Below, one piece after another: positions 25,644 through 35,815 of a DNA stretch of 64,000 nucleotides (position 1 is its first letter; every line of letters starts with the position of its first letter). The translations under genes and the position numbers were made by a program. The notes under the pieces are model-generated. The model had not been told where the DNA came from. It made no database searches and saw nothing but the letters and a program-made list of their open reading frames with translations. Source of the DNA: Pseudovirgaria hyperparasitica (taxonomy: Eukaryota); assembly GCA_010093815.1 (NCBI GenBank), contig ML996567.1, one strand, 5' to 3'.

Positions 25644-28600
25644 ATGGCTGTTCCTACTACAAAACGACGGAAATTGAGCCACAGCCCTACTCCAGAGAGC
25701 GAAGATGTATCATTCTCGCCAGCATCGCCGCCAAATGCTCATGCGTCTGGGAGCTCGCAGGACAGCGACTTTGATGACGAAGAGAGTCCAGACAACGCGC
25801 GTGATGACTTTGGCATGAGCGAGGAAGAAAGCAGTGAAGAGAAGTCTGCAGACGAGACAGACAACACCGATCTTGAAGACGATGCTCAGACATCTGCGAC
25901 GCGAACAGACGGACACAAAGACCAAGCCTCCAAAGCGCAAAAGAGTCGTGAGGGGAAGAGGAAGCTTATGCATAACCCGTTGTTGGATGGAGGAGTCTAC
26001 AATGGCGAGATATACAAATCAAACATCTTCAAACTGCAATTGGACCGACTGCTACGAGATTCCAGGCAGAAGTCAAGCGCAAGGGTGGAATCGATAGACA
26101 AGGCACTGCGTATGGTAAAACAGATTATCGAGAACGCTTCGGATACTCCGCCGGTCTCTATCATCGATGCAGAAAAGGAATTGAAGAGGAGCCATGGAGT
26201 CGCCATACCATTTCCCAGTCCTCGGCCGCCCAAGGACGCAAAATATAAGTTGGAATTCAGGAAGCCTTCTCACATCAACGTTATCGGTAGCTATCCCGCT
26301 CAACTGGCCACCCAGAAGAATGGGCAGATCTCAGTCGATCTCATGATATCGATGCCAACTGCGCTCTTTCAAGACAAGGACTTTCTGAACTATCGCTATT
26401 TCTACAAGAGAGCGTACTACCTTGCTTGCGTCGCAGCGATCCTGAAGGGCGACAAGACTCATAAGCTACAAGTATCTTATGAGATGCTCCATGGCAATCA
26501 GTTGCTGCCAGTTGTAATAGTACACACCAATGAGACATCTGCACCCGCTGGGTTTTGCATTCGAATACTCCCATCGATTGCGGAATCCGTTTTCTCGGCG
26601 GAGAAGACGCAGCCCGACAGGAATTGTGTTCGACCGCAGCCTGGTCTTGATTCAGAGAAGCATAAGCTTGAACCTACACCATTCTATAATGCATCTCTTC
26701 GCATAGATAGCTCGATGACACATTATCTCAAGCTGATTCACCGAGCGTCCACGATTTGCGATGGATTCAGGGATGCCTGTAGCCTTGGGAGATTGTGGTT
26801 ACAGCAACGCAATTTGAGCTCCGATATACACAGCATTGGCTTTGGCAACTTTGAATGGGCTGCTATTGTGGCTACGCTATTGCTGACAGAGAAGTCCCCA
26901 AGTGGCGTGTCACTGTCCCCAGGGTATAGCAGTTACCAGTTATTCAAGGCAACGCTTCAATTTCTGTCGTCACGAGACATCAGCCGAAACCCATTTCTGA
27001 CATCGAGACTGGAATGTAAGTTCCCGAAAAATGGAACTCCCGTTTTCTTTGACAGCCAAGCTGGCATCAACCTATTGTTCCAGATGTCACCGTGGTCTTA
27101 TAAGACATTACGGGACGAAGCGGCGCTCACAGTGAAAATGCTTGGAGACAACATTCACGACAATTTCGAAGCAACTTTCAAAATCAAGGTCGACCCGCTA
27201 CTACTGAAGCACGACATAGTCATGAATGTACCTGTCGGTGCCCTGTCAAAGGCTGTCAATAGCAGCAGTCTAGATCCTCTCCCTCATCTATTCATCCACA
27301 AAGTCTATAGTCTGCTTGTAAGGGGATTGGGTGACCGTGTGTCATCTATTGCGATATATCCGCCCCACCCTTCACCATGGACGATCGACTCCGCGCGAGT
27401 CCAACAATATGTGAACACGACACTTGATGTTGGGTTCTCTGTACATCCAGTGCACATTGCAAGGACAATAGATCGTGGGCCATCCGCTGAAGACAAGCAA
27501 GATGCTGCAGCGTTTCGAAAATTCTGGGGCGAAAAGGCCGAGCTTAGAAGATTCAAAGATGGTAGCATCGTTGAGACACTCGAATGGTCAGCCAAGCCTG
27601 AAAGTGGTACGATTCTTGAGCAAATCGTGTTGCACATCCTTGAGAGACATGTTGGCAAGACTGTGGCAACGGAAGTGAAGTTCTCTGGGGAGAATTTTGG
27701 TAAGCTTCTGCCAGGTAGTGCGCCGCACCCCAGTATTGCTCCATTCAAGCCCATCATGACAGCCTTTTCGACACTAGAACGTGATCTGCGAGGCCTAGAT
27801 GAGCTCCCCCTGCAATTCAGACATGTGCTCGCGGCGTCGTCGGGTCTCAGCTATAGTTCCGTGATGGCACCGCTGTCTAAAGAGCACGACGTAGCCGCGC
27901 AGCCACTGGATGTGATTATAGAGTTTGAAGGGTCTGGAAGGTGGCCTGACGAAATTCCAGCCATCCAGAAGACGAAGATTGCCTTTCTTCTGAAAATTGG
28001 TGAGCTGTTTGAGCAGAAAGCCGATGGGACGACGACACGTCTTGGACTGGATAATCAAGAGAACAACATGCTAAACCAAGCATATCTGGACATAATCTAC
28101 TCGACGTCTGCTGCATTCCGCCTCCGTATCCGTCTCGATCGAGAACAAGCCACCCTGGAACGAGTCAAGGCCAACAAACTGACGGACGCAAAACAACGTG
28201 AGATATACTCTCAAGCATTAGCAGTATACAAGCGCCATTCGTTGGTCAGTCCGTCGCACGTGCAGGCACTCCAGACTCTAAGCACACGTTATCCAGCCCT
28301 GTCGCCATCCATCAGACTCGTCAAGCGGTGGTTTGCGGCCCACTTGCTCACATCTCACATTCCTGAGACTGTGATAGAGCTGCTTGTTGTGCGAGCATTT
28401 CTCCAGCCGTTTCCATGGGACACGCCTTCGAGTGTATCCACTGGCTTCGTGCGAACGCTGTACTTCCTTTCCCGCTGGGACTGGCGCGAAGATCCACTCA
28501 TCGTAGACCTCTCTGGAGACATGACCAGCGATGAATTCGAGGCAATCGAAGCAGACTTCAAATCGCTTAGAGCCAAGGACCCATCGATGAATAAGGTAGT

Positions 28601-29210
28601 GTTGTTTGCTGCTTCGAGTGTGGATCGAGCTGGCACCACGTGGACCGATCAAGGGAGCCCTCCCCGAGTGGCAGCGTCACGCATGACAGCTCTTGCGAAA
28701 GCAGCCACGCAAGCCGTTCTAGACCCACTCGTGAAGCTCAACGTGAAGTCTCTCTTCACCTCGTCTCTCAAGGACTACGACTTTGTCATCCACCTACACG
28801 CCAAATACACGCGCGCAGGCCGGGAAAAGAGCGTGACTCTCGCCAACGGCCAATTCAAGAATCTCCAGCTGCAGGCCGCCAGTCTGCAAAACACCAAGAA
28901 CATTGGCTACGACCCTGTCGCCGCGTATGTGGAAGATCTCAAATCCCTCTACGGGAGCTGTGCCGTTTTCTTCCACGACAACAGCAATGGTGGGAGGGTC
29001 ATTGCGGGTCTCTGGAACCCGGCTGTGGTGGGCAGAAAACACTGGCGAGCCATGATGCTCTACTCTACCATCCCGAAGATACCGAGGGATGACGAGAATG
29101 GGATGAGTTCGTCTGTCAACGTGGAGGCTATATTGAGTGAGATGGCAAGGCTGGGTGGGGATATGGTTAGTAAGATAGAGCAGCAGAAGACCTTTGCTGG
29201 CGTTGAGTAG
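25644..29210 (+). CDS. UTP22: Nrap protein / U3 snoRNA-associated protein 22, single exon (an in-frame upstream ATG at 25470 also exists)
   Basis: Acidic N-terminus. Motifs YKSNIFKLQ, INVIGSY, KDFLNYRYFYKRAYY, FWGEKAELRRFKDGSI, FEGSGRWPD, IAGLWNP. Confidence 0.95.
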   Translation: MAVPTTKRRKLSHSPTPESEDVSFSPASPPNAHASGSSQDSDFDDEESPDNARDDFGMSEEESSEEKSADETDNTDLEDDAQTSATRTDGHKDQASKAQKSREGKRKLMHNPLLDGGVYNGEIYKSNIFKLQLDRLLRDSRQKSSARVESIDKALRMVKQIIENASDTPPVSIIDAEKELKRSHGVAIPFPSPRPPKDAKYKLEFRKPSHINVIGSYPAQLATQKNGQISVDLMISMPTALFQDKDFLNYRYFYKRAYYLACVAAILKGDKTHKLQVSYEMLHGNQLLPVVIVHTNETSAPAGFCIRILPSIAESVFSAEKTQPDRNCVRPQPGLDSEKHKLEPTPFYNASLRIDSSMTHYLKLIHRASTICDGFRDACSLGRLWLQQRNLSSDIHSIGFGNFEWAAIVATLLLTEKSPSGVSLSPGYSSYQLFKATLQFLSSRDISRNPFLTSRLECKFPKNGTPVFFDSQAGINLLFQMSPWSYKTLRDEAALTVKMLGDNIHDNFEATFKIKVDPLLLKHDIVMNVPVGALSKAVNSSSLDPLPHLFIHKVYSLLVRGLGDRVSSIAIYPPHPSPWTIDSARVQQYVNTTLDVGFSVHPVHIARTIDRGPSAEDKQDAAAFRKFWGEKAELRRFKDGSIVETLEWSAKPESGTILEQIVLHILERHVGKTVATEVKFSGENFGKLLPGSAPHPSIAPFKPIMTAFSTLERDLRGLDELPLQFRHVLAASSGLSYSSVMAPLSKEHDVAAQPLDVIIEFEGSGRWPDEIPAIQKTKIAFLLKIGELFEQKADGTTTRLGLDNQENNMLNQAYLDIIYSTSAAFRLRIRLDREQATLERVKANKLTDAKQREIYSQALAVYKRHSLVSPSHVQALQTLSTRYPALSPSIRLVKRWFAAHLLTSHIPETVIELLVVRAFLQPFPWDTPSSVSTGFVRTLYFLSRWDWREDPLIVDLSGDMTSDEFEAIEADFKSLRAKDPSMNKVVLFAASSVDRAGTTWTDQGSPPRVAASRMTALAKAATQAVLDPLVKLNVKSLFTSSLKDYDFVIHLHAKYTRAGREKSVTLANGQFKNLQLQAASLQNTKNIGYDPVAAYVEDLKSLYGSCAVFFHDNSNGGRVIAGLWNPAVVGRKHWRAMMLYSTIPKIPRDDENGMSSSVNVEAILSEMARLGGDMVSKIEQQKTFAGVE

Positions 29211-29909
29211 GTAGGGCAATACGTATGCTAAGACACAGCGCTGTTGCCGTTCACTGGTCTGCTTCCATGTCAAGTGCCCTGTATAGAGCAGAGCTGCGAT
29301 GAGGTGGACGAGCCAGACGGAGTTCGTTCGAGAGTTTGGGTGACTATTGTCTAGATATCTATTCCCAGGGCAGCGCGTATTTTCGTGGAATCATATAAAT
29401 CATTCCCCAGCCTTAAGCCTTAAATGGTGGAGCTGCGCAAGCTAACCGGATGTGTTCTAGACGAGATATGGCGTTACTTCGGATGGATTGGGTATATGTT
29501 GGTATCCATTGCAGTTGTCGATTCGATGAATCTCTCCATCACATCCCATCAACTATAATGACAATATATGTGAATGATATCTTCAAAGTTATATCACTGA
29601 CGAGTATATAGCCGTCATGTGCTCTGTTTAGCGTCTCTTACGACTAAGGCATAGCAAAAATCCCAACGCGCATGATTAGCCTTATTCACCTCTCTAACAG
29701 AAGGCATCCAATATACACACACACATACATGCAAACCCAGCCTACTGACACCGTATCCGTACAAAGCGAACCATCTCACCGTATGCCTACCACCACTGCC
29801 ATAAGTCCAACACCAACTAACCCTACCTCACAGCTGCTAACGTGATTTACATCGGCGTCAATCATACCTACTATCCAATCACTCCTACAAACACCCCCAA
29901 AAATCCCCA

Positions 29910-30365
29910 ATGGCAACAAAAGCAGCACCCCAAACCTACCGCTTCCTCACCACAGCGCAGGTAAACCAGCTCCACCGCGTGGCCCTGCACCCGCGCAGCA
30001 CCAAGCCCACCCAGCCCACAATGCTGGCATCCGCCGTCGCGTCGCCCGTCAACGTGCACCACTACGAGCGCGACAAGACCGTCTTCCAGCTAGCTGCCGT
30101 GCTGGCGGAGAAGCTGATGTTGAACCATGCGTTTCAGGACGGGAATAAGCGCACGGCGCTGCTGGCGGCGGATATGTTTCTGCGGGTGAATGGGGTGAGG
30201 TTGGGGTTAGGTGTGGATAGGGATGGGGAGGGGGTGTATGGGTTGAGTAGGGCGCAGGTGGATGTTACGACGAGGCGGTGGGGGGTGGATGATTTGGCGC
30301 GGTATTATGGGGGGATTGCGAGGCCTGTTGGCGGGGAGAAGGAGGGGGAGGAGAAGGAGGAGTAG
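29910..30365 (+). CDS. Fic/Doc (death-on-curing) family protein, 151 aa, intronless CDS
   Basis: Doc-type Fido motif HAFQDGNKRTA (30126-30158) followed by FLRVNG. Upstream LH..LASAV.SP pattern is typical of small Doc proteins. Confidence 0.9.
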   Translation: MATKAAPQTYRFLTTAQVNQLHRVALHPRSTKPTQPTMLASAVASPVNVHHYERDKTVFQLAAVLAEKLMLNHAFQDGNKRTALLAADMFLRVNGVRLGLGVDRDGEGVYGLSRAQVDVTTRRWGVDDLARYYGGIARPVGGEKEGEEKEE

Positions 30366-30448
30366 GAGGAGTTAGTAGAAGACACGTCGTGAAGTGTTGA
30401 GTGGAGTGGAGTGAAGTGGGCATACAGATGCTCTTTCGGTCGCGCGTG

Positions 30449-31240
30449 CTACATATCCTTGAGCTGCTCGAGGCATGGTCCGAGTTCGCGGATGGAGTCG
30501 CGGAGATGGCGTGTGAAGGTCTCTGTACAAACTATTAGCGAATCTCTCGTATAAAGCATTCATTCTCCCCTCAGTAAATACGCACCGTCTTCCGTCCCCG
30601 TGAGCACAAAGGTATGCGATCGCCCATACATATACAACGCCGCCGGACTCGTGCTCGTCGCATTCGCATTCCTCTGTCGCGGCAAGTCGCGCGGCAGGAT
30701 AAGTTGTGGCAGCGCCGACGAAGCTATTTCTGAAATCTCAGAAACTGTCCATATATGAAGAGATGCTTCGCGAGATCATACAACCCGTATGCCGTGTCCC
30801 CCCAAAAGAAGTACAAGAAAAAAAAGGAAAAATCCGTACATACCATGCGCAAAATGCCGCGTATCATGGTAGAACACCAGGGGCAGAACACCAACATCAA
30901 CATCAACATCAACATCAGTATCCAAACCATCCGCCTGGCCCCCAGCAAGCGGGAAAACGGCATTCCGAAATGCGAACCCGATGTCTGACGGGACGATGGC
31001 GAGGGCCTGATGCGGATCGCCCATGAAGACGTCTACGCCTGTGCGCACTGGGGTTCCCTGGCGCAGCGTGAGGAATTGGGCGTGTTGTTCCTGTTCCTGT
31101 TCCTGTTGTTGCTGATGTTGGCCCTCATAGGAATGAGTAGACGTCCATCGTCGCGTCAATATAGATATACGCGCATGATGTCCACGAGCACGAGCAGCGA
31201 GATGGCTTCGCGCGAGACAGCAGCGTGTGGGGACGAGCAT
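30449..31240 (-). CDS. Hypothetical protein, 3 exons (31240-30844, 30723-30586, 30522-30449), about 202 aa, with possible mitochondrial presequence
   Basis: Introns GTATGT..TAG and GTGCGT..GCTAAT..CAG both keep the frame. Reads ...LPLVFYHDTRHFAH|ASSALPQLILPRDLPRQ...VLTGTED|ETFTRHLRDSIRELGPCLEQLKDM*. An alternative in-frame acceptor lies 6 nt upstream of exon 2. Confidence 0.72.
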
Positions 31241-32579
31241 TGTCGTCGATGATGAATCAGTCAAAGAGCGGACGGAATGACTCGATGAATGGATAACCAC
31301 AGCCGCTGATGAAGCATCGGGGCCGAAGCACAAAGAATGAATGAATGAATGGATGAATGAATTCCTGGATGGACAAAAGATTGAATCCATGATACAATCC
31401 CCGACACGACGTCGCAGATCAAACAAGTCCCCTCGCCCTCACCCGCCACGCCTTGTGCCTGATCTGCGCCCCCCTCTCTCTCCTCTCCTCACCCTGCCTT
31501 GCCGGCTTGCTTTACCCCCCTGGATCTGCACACCAGTAAGACACTATAAATAGCCCTCGCATTCTCAGGTTGACCGGTTTAGTGAGAGCGAATATGTAGC
31601 CATGCGGTGCGGTGCGGATTGTGATGCGGTGTAATTTGCGGCGCTCAGCATGCGACGCGGTGGTGATTCGTCCAAGGGTCTGTCTGTCTGTCTGTCTGGG
31701 GTAGAAGTATTAGTTAGACGCCTTGTTAGATAGGATAGGATCAGCCCGTCAACAATAAAGAGACCGTCAAAACTTGAAAAGAGAGCATAAAGGCGGATGT
31801 GTGATGGTATGCGTGGCATGGCATGGCACGCCGAGTGAATGCACACACACACACCACACCCCCCTTCTGCCTGGATCAACATCAAACAGTAGTCAGAGCA
31901 TCGAGTTTTGGATGCGCGCGGCCCCAAGAAGCCTTGCGACGCGGTGGAGGAGGATGCGACAGTTCTTATACGGTCTTGGCGTGTGTCAGGTTGAAGGCGG
32001 GAAGTTTGATGATGATGATGATTGGGGAGAAAAAGGCAAAAATATGAGGGCGGCGGAAAAAACACCGGAAAGAGGGGAGTGATAAAAATGTATATATGTG
32101 TGCGACGCGCGGGTTTGGTGATATTTTCTTCTTTGGTGAATTTTTCTTCACGATTTTTTTTCCTGGTGTGACTATTCTTGTATTGTCTACTACTAATATT
32201 ATATCCATCCATATTCTGAAGGGCGTTCTGGGCGCGCGCTCTCGGCTTACAGGCTTGCTTGTATTGACGACTAGAAGCTGAAGTGAAAGAGAAGGACCTC
32301 CCCTCCGATAATATCTCACACGGGCTTTAACGCAGGCTGAGCATCACTGAACGCTGGATCGAGTCGCTCGTTTACATCCTACGAAACCCAGAATTATCCT
32401 GGTCTTTGTTCGCGCCGCAAGACACCGCCGCTCGCTCGCTCACTCATTATTTACCCGCCATACACAGCCGCGCGCGCGTGAGCGGATCGTCAGTCTTACT
32501 ATACGCCCCTGTGCCACAGCGCATCCCCAATCATTGTTCCCACTACCCATATATCAACCAGCCAGCCAGCCAGCCAGCC

Positions 32580-33644
32580 ATGGCACAACCACTGCATCTC
32601 TACCCCACAGGTTCCCGTCGCATACCCCCATACGCGACACCCTCACAGCCGGCGCCTGTATTCGCAGCCCCAGTCATGAACCTAGGAAGCAATATGACGA
32701 GAGCGGCGAGTCCGAGCTACAACTATCGCGTCCCGAGCAGAGATCTGGGATTTGACAAACAGGACACTTTCGGCGGTGGCATCAAGACGATGCATTTGGT
32801 ACAACAGTATCGGTATGACGAGCCATGTGTGGATAGGTATGCGAGTGGGAACGGTATGGAAGAGCGACCGCCGGTATATGCGCAAAGTGTGGAGAGCGAG
32901 GAACAGATGCGGGCGTTGAATGGACGAGATCAGGTACGGCCTTCCCAGCATCTCCCAGATACCAACCGACGAAAGGTCCTAACCACCATATCCTAGCGTC
33001 TCAAACGGCACATCCGCGTCCTACGCTTCGTATCACGCATCCTCGCCTTCGTGGTGTCCGTTCTCGTGTTTGTGCCCATCACCATAACCCTCGTCACCTT
33101 CCTGCGCACCAACGACATCAGCCGCGTCGTCACCATCGCCAGCCCCGGCACCGCGCCTCAGACCGTCTCCCGCACTGCGTGGGCGCAGAACAGTACCACG
33201 TGGCCGACGTACATGTACTTTGGCACCGCCGCCGTGTCCCTGCTTCTCAACCTCTTCATCATGATCGCATATCTCCGCACCGACGTGCGCACTGCAAACC
33301 GAACAGCCTATGTCGCCACCACATTCAGTTGGGTCGTAATGGTCGGCAATGCGGTCGTATGGGCCGTGGCTGCGAGTCTGTATCGCCAGCAGAAGAAGAA
33401 CGATGACCTGTGGGGCTGGACTTGCAGCTCGGCCGCGCAGGCGATCCAGAAGGTGTTTGAGAATGAGGTCAAGTTTGAGCAGCAATGTAATATCCAGAGT
33501 TTCAGTTGGTATGCGGGAATAGTACAGGCGTTGTTGGCCATCTTGACGATTGTGGTGTTGGTGCTGGTTGTACGGAGGAGGGAGACGAAAAGGGGGCTGG
33601 AACGAGGCGATAGTGCAGAGGTGCTGTTGGCGGATAAGAATTAG
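32580..33644 (+). CDS. Fungal integral membrane protein with about 4 hydrophobic segments; intron 32934-32996
   Basis: GTACGG..CTAAC..TAG intron joins two ORFs in frame. Hydrophobic helices and a DLWGWTCS motif. Confidence 0.8.
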
Positions 33645-33825
33645 CTGTTGGTAGAATACAACGCTGCGCATGGTGTGGCAAACGGCGTTAGGTGTGTTGT
33701 CTTCTGTACTTCTTAAGCACCTGCTGTCGTCGATCTGCGACAAAGTCGCGATCTGCAACGTGTAAAGTTAGAATGCTGAGCACGACTGCGACACTAATGA
33801 AGGTCGTTTGACCCCGTTGCTCCAT

Positions 33826-35187
33826 TCACATGATCATGCATCCTTCATCAAAATGCTCCCCGTATTCGTCCACACCAGCTTGATACTCATTGCTCTTCTG
33901 CTTGGCCTTGACCTCATTCGGAAAGTATTCCTTTAGAAAGTTGCTCAGTGCTGGATCGATGTTGTCCGTGTTGGCTTGCAGCAACACCTTCTCCCTGCAC
34001 AAGGGGCACATGGTCTTCTTTTCGTTTTGCATGACGACTAGGCAGCGAATGCAAAAGACATGCGAGCAAGCTAGCCTCACAGGCCGCCAAGTAATATCGC
34101 AGCACACTGGACACAGATAGTCATCAAGCTGCGGCACAATCGCCAGAAGATCTGTTGTGACCTGAAAACACACGGCTTGGGCGATATCGCGGGATAGTGT
34201 CTTCGCAGGCGGTGCGAGTGCAAACGTCCCGTTGACATTGAAGGAGGTGCGCTTGTCAAACTTCTTGAGGATTTTCATGAGTGCCATGTGATTCAGCTCC
34301 TGGAAACTGAGAGTCTTTAAGATTTCAGAGTTGATGGCGAAGAAGCGCTCGAGTGCCTGGACGCTTTCCTTTTTGCGGAATTGCGACGCAAGACCGGCAT
34401 CTTTAACTTGCTTTACGAAGAGCTGATAGTTTTTACTGGCCTGTGCATAAGAGTGCGCACCGTGGTCTTGTTCATGCGTCGCAAAGAAGATCTGGCTCTC
34501 GAGGTAGAGCTGGAAGATTTGTCGCCACTGATTGATGTCGGATTTTGCGATCTTGCGACTGGGTCTGGCGACTTTGGACACAGCTTTGCTCAGGTCATGT
34601 ACTTCAGACTGCAACGAGGTTTCTTGCTCAGTCTGCAGTGATTCGAGAGCATTCAGCTCTTTATGAAGGATGTTGAAAAACTCCGAGTCCGACGTCAGTG
34701 CTATCTCCACCATGCGATGCGGCTGAGCTTCACCGCGATCGTAAATCGAGGGAGGCTGAACAGCACCATCCGGTGCTGTATCTACAATCTTGACCTCGGT
34801 CAACTTCTGAAGGACAGCCTGCTCGTGAAGGTATTGGAGTGTTTCGGGAGTGAATCCAAAGTCTAATGGCTCGCCCGTCGCATCGTCGACGGCTATGAGG
34901 AGTTTTGGATGAAACGGTGTCTCTGGAGGCCTGCTAGAGATATTGTCGTCATGCCCGTCGTTGAGAGAGTATTGGACCTGTCTGTCCTTCTGCTGCACAC
35001 TCCGAGTCTTCTCTGCACTCTGTAGTAGCCGTTTCAGCGTCTCAATGTCCAGGCCGATCTCTGCTAGTTCCTTCTCGACACGCTTGATGACTTTCTTGAG
35101 CTGCCGGTAGGATATGGAGGTGTCGATCCAGTGTTGGGGATAGCCATCATTCTCAAGGTGGTCCTGATAGACCCGACCGAACTTCAT
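33826..35187 (-). CDS. SPX + C3HC4 RING E3 ubiquitin ligase
   Basis: SPX motifs MKFG, ISYRQLKKVI, KILKKFDK. RING CPVC..RLACSHVFCIRC..CPLCR. Ends in CMIM. Confidence 0.92.
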   Translation of the reverse strand: MKFGRVYQDHLENDGYPQHWIDTSISYRQLKKVIKRVEKELAEIGLDIETLKRLLQSAEKTRSVQQKDRQVQYSLNDGHDDNISSRPPETPFHPKLLIAVDDATGEPLDFGFTPETLQYLHEQAVLQKLTEVKIVDTAPDGAVQPPSIYDRGEAQPHRMVEIALTSDSEFFNILHKELNALESLQTEQETSLQSEVHDLSKAVSKVARPSRKIAKSDINQWRQIFQLYLESQIFFATHEQDHGAHSYAQASKNYQLFVKQVKDAGLASQFRKKESVQALERFFAINSEILKTLSFQELNHMALMKILKKFDKRTSFNVNGTFALAPPAKTLSRDIAQAVCFQVTTDLLAIVPQLDDYLCPVCCDITWRPVRLACSHVFCIRCLVVMQNEKKTMCPLCREKVLLQANTDNIDPALSNFLKEYFPNEVKAKQKSNEYQAGVDEYGEHFDEGCMIM

Positions 35188-35720
35188 GATGATGATAGGC
35201 GCACCACCACCACCACCTGTCTGTGCACGCGTAGGGCTGAGTCGGAGATATGTAGGGGGCTGCCTAGTTCGCCCACGTGGAGGGGTAGAGATCAGGGACA
35301 AAAATAGATTTGGCGGAAAACTGTGCGATCAAGGAAATGAAAACCTGGGGTATATGCGCAAAGGACGAAACAGAAAGCCCGAGAGAAGTGGAGAGGGCAT
35401 AGCGCGCCAGAAGGAGAGTGTGAAGCGGGCGGAGGGAGTGTTTTTGTAGACTTTGATCGCGAAAGAGCTGGACCGGCCGAAATCGCCACAGAAAATTTCT
35501 GGCCCCGGGCGGTCACGATGAAAACCCTTGTCTGCCCACATGACACACGGAATGGATGTCATTTTCCAGCTCTGACTCGACGCACGATGAGATTTATAGA
35601 GGATATGGCGAGGAGGCGGACGAGTGTAGAGTGATATTGTTGGTAAGTGATGTCGTGTTGTTGTTGTTTTATATGGCACAGGGACTTCGGGTGGAAGATG
35701 GAAGATCGTATTGAAACCTC

Positions 35721-35815
35721 AGGCACCAAGGCACCCAGGCACTAAGGTAGCCAGGCATCAAGGCATCATGGCACTAAGGCACTAATACACTAAGGCATCA
35801 AGACACCAGTACTAA
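35721..35815. repeat. Degenerate 8-bp minisatellite, about 11-12 units of AGGCAYYA
   Basis: aggcacca aggcaccc aggcacta aggtagcc aggcatca aggcatca tggcacta aggcacta atacacta aggcatca agacacca. Confidence 0.85.
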
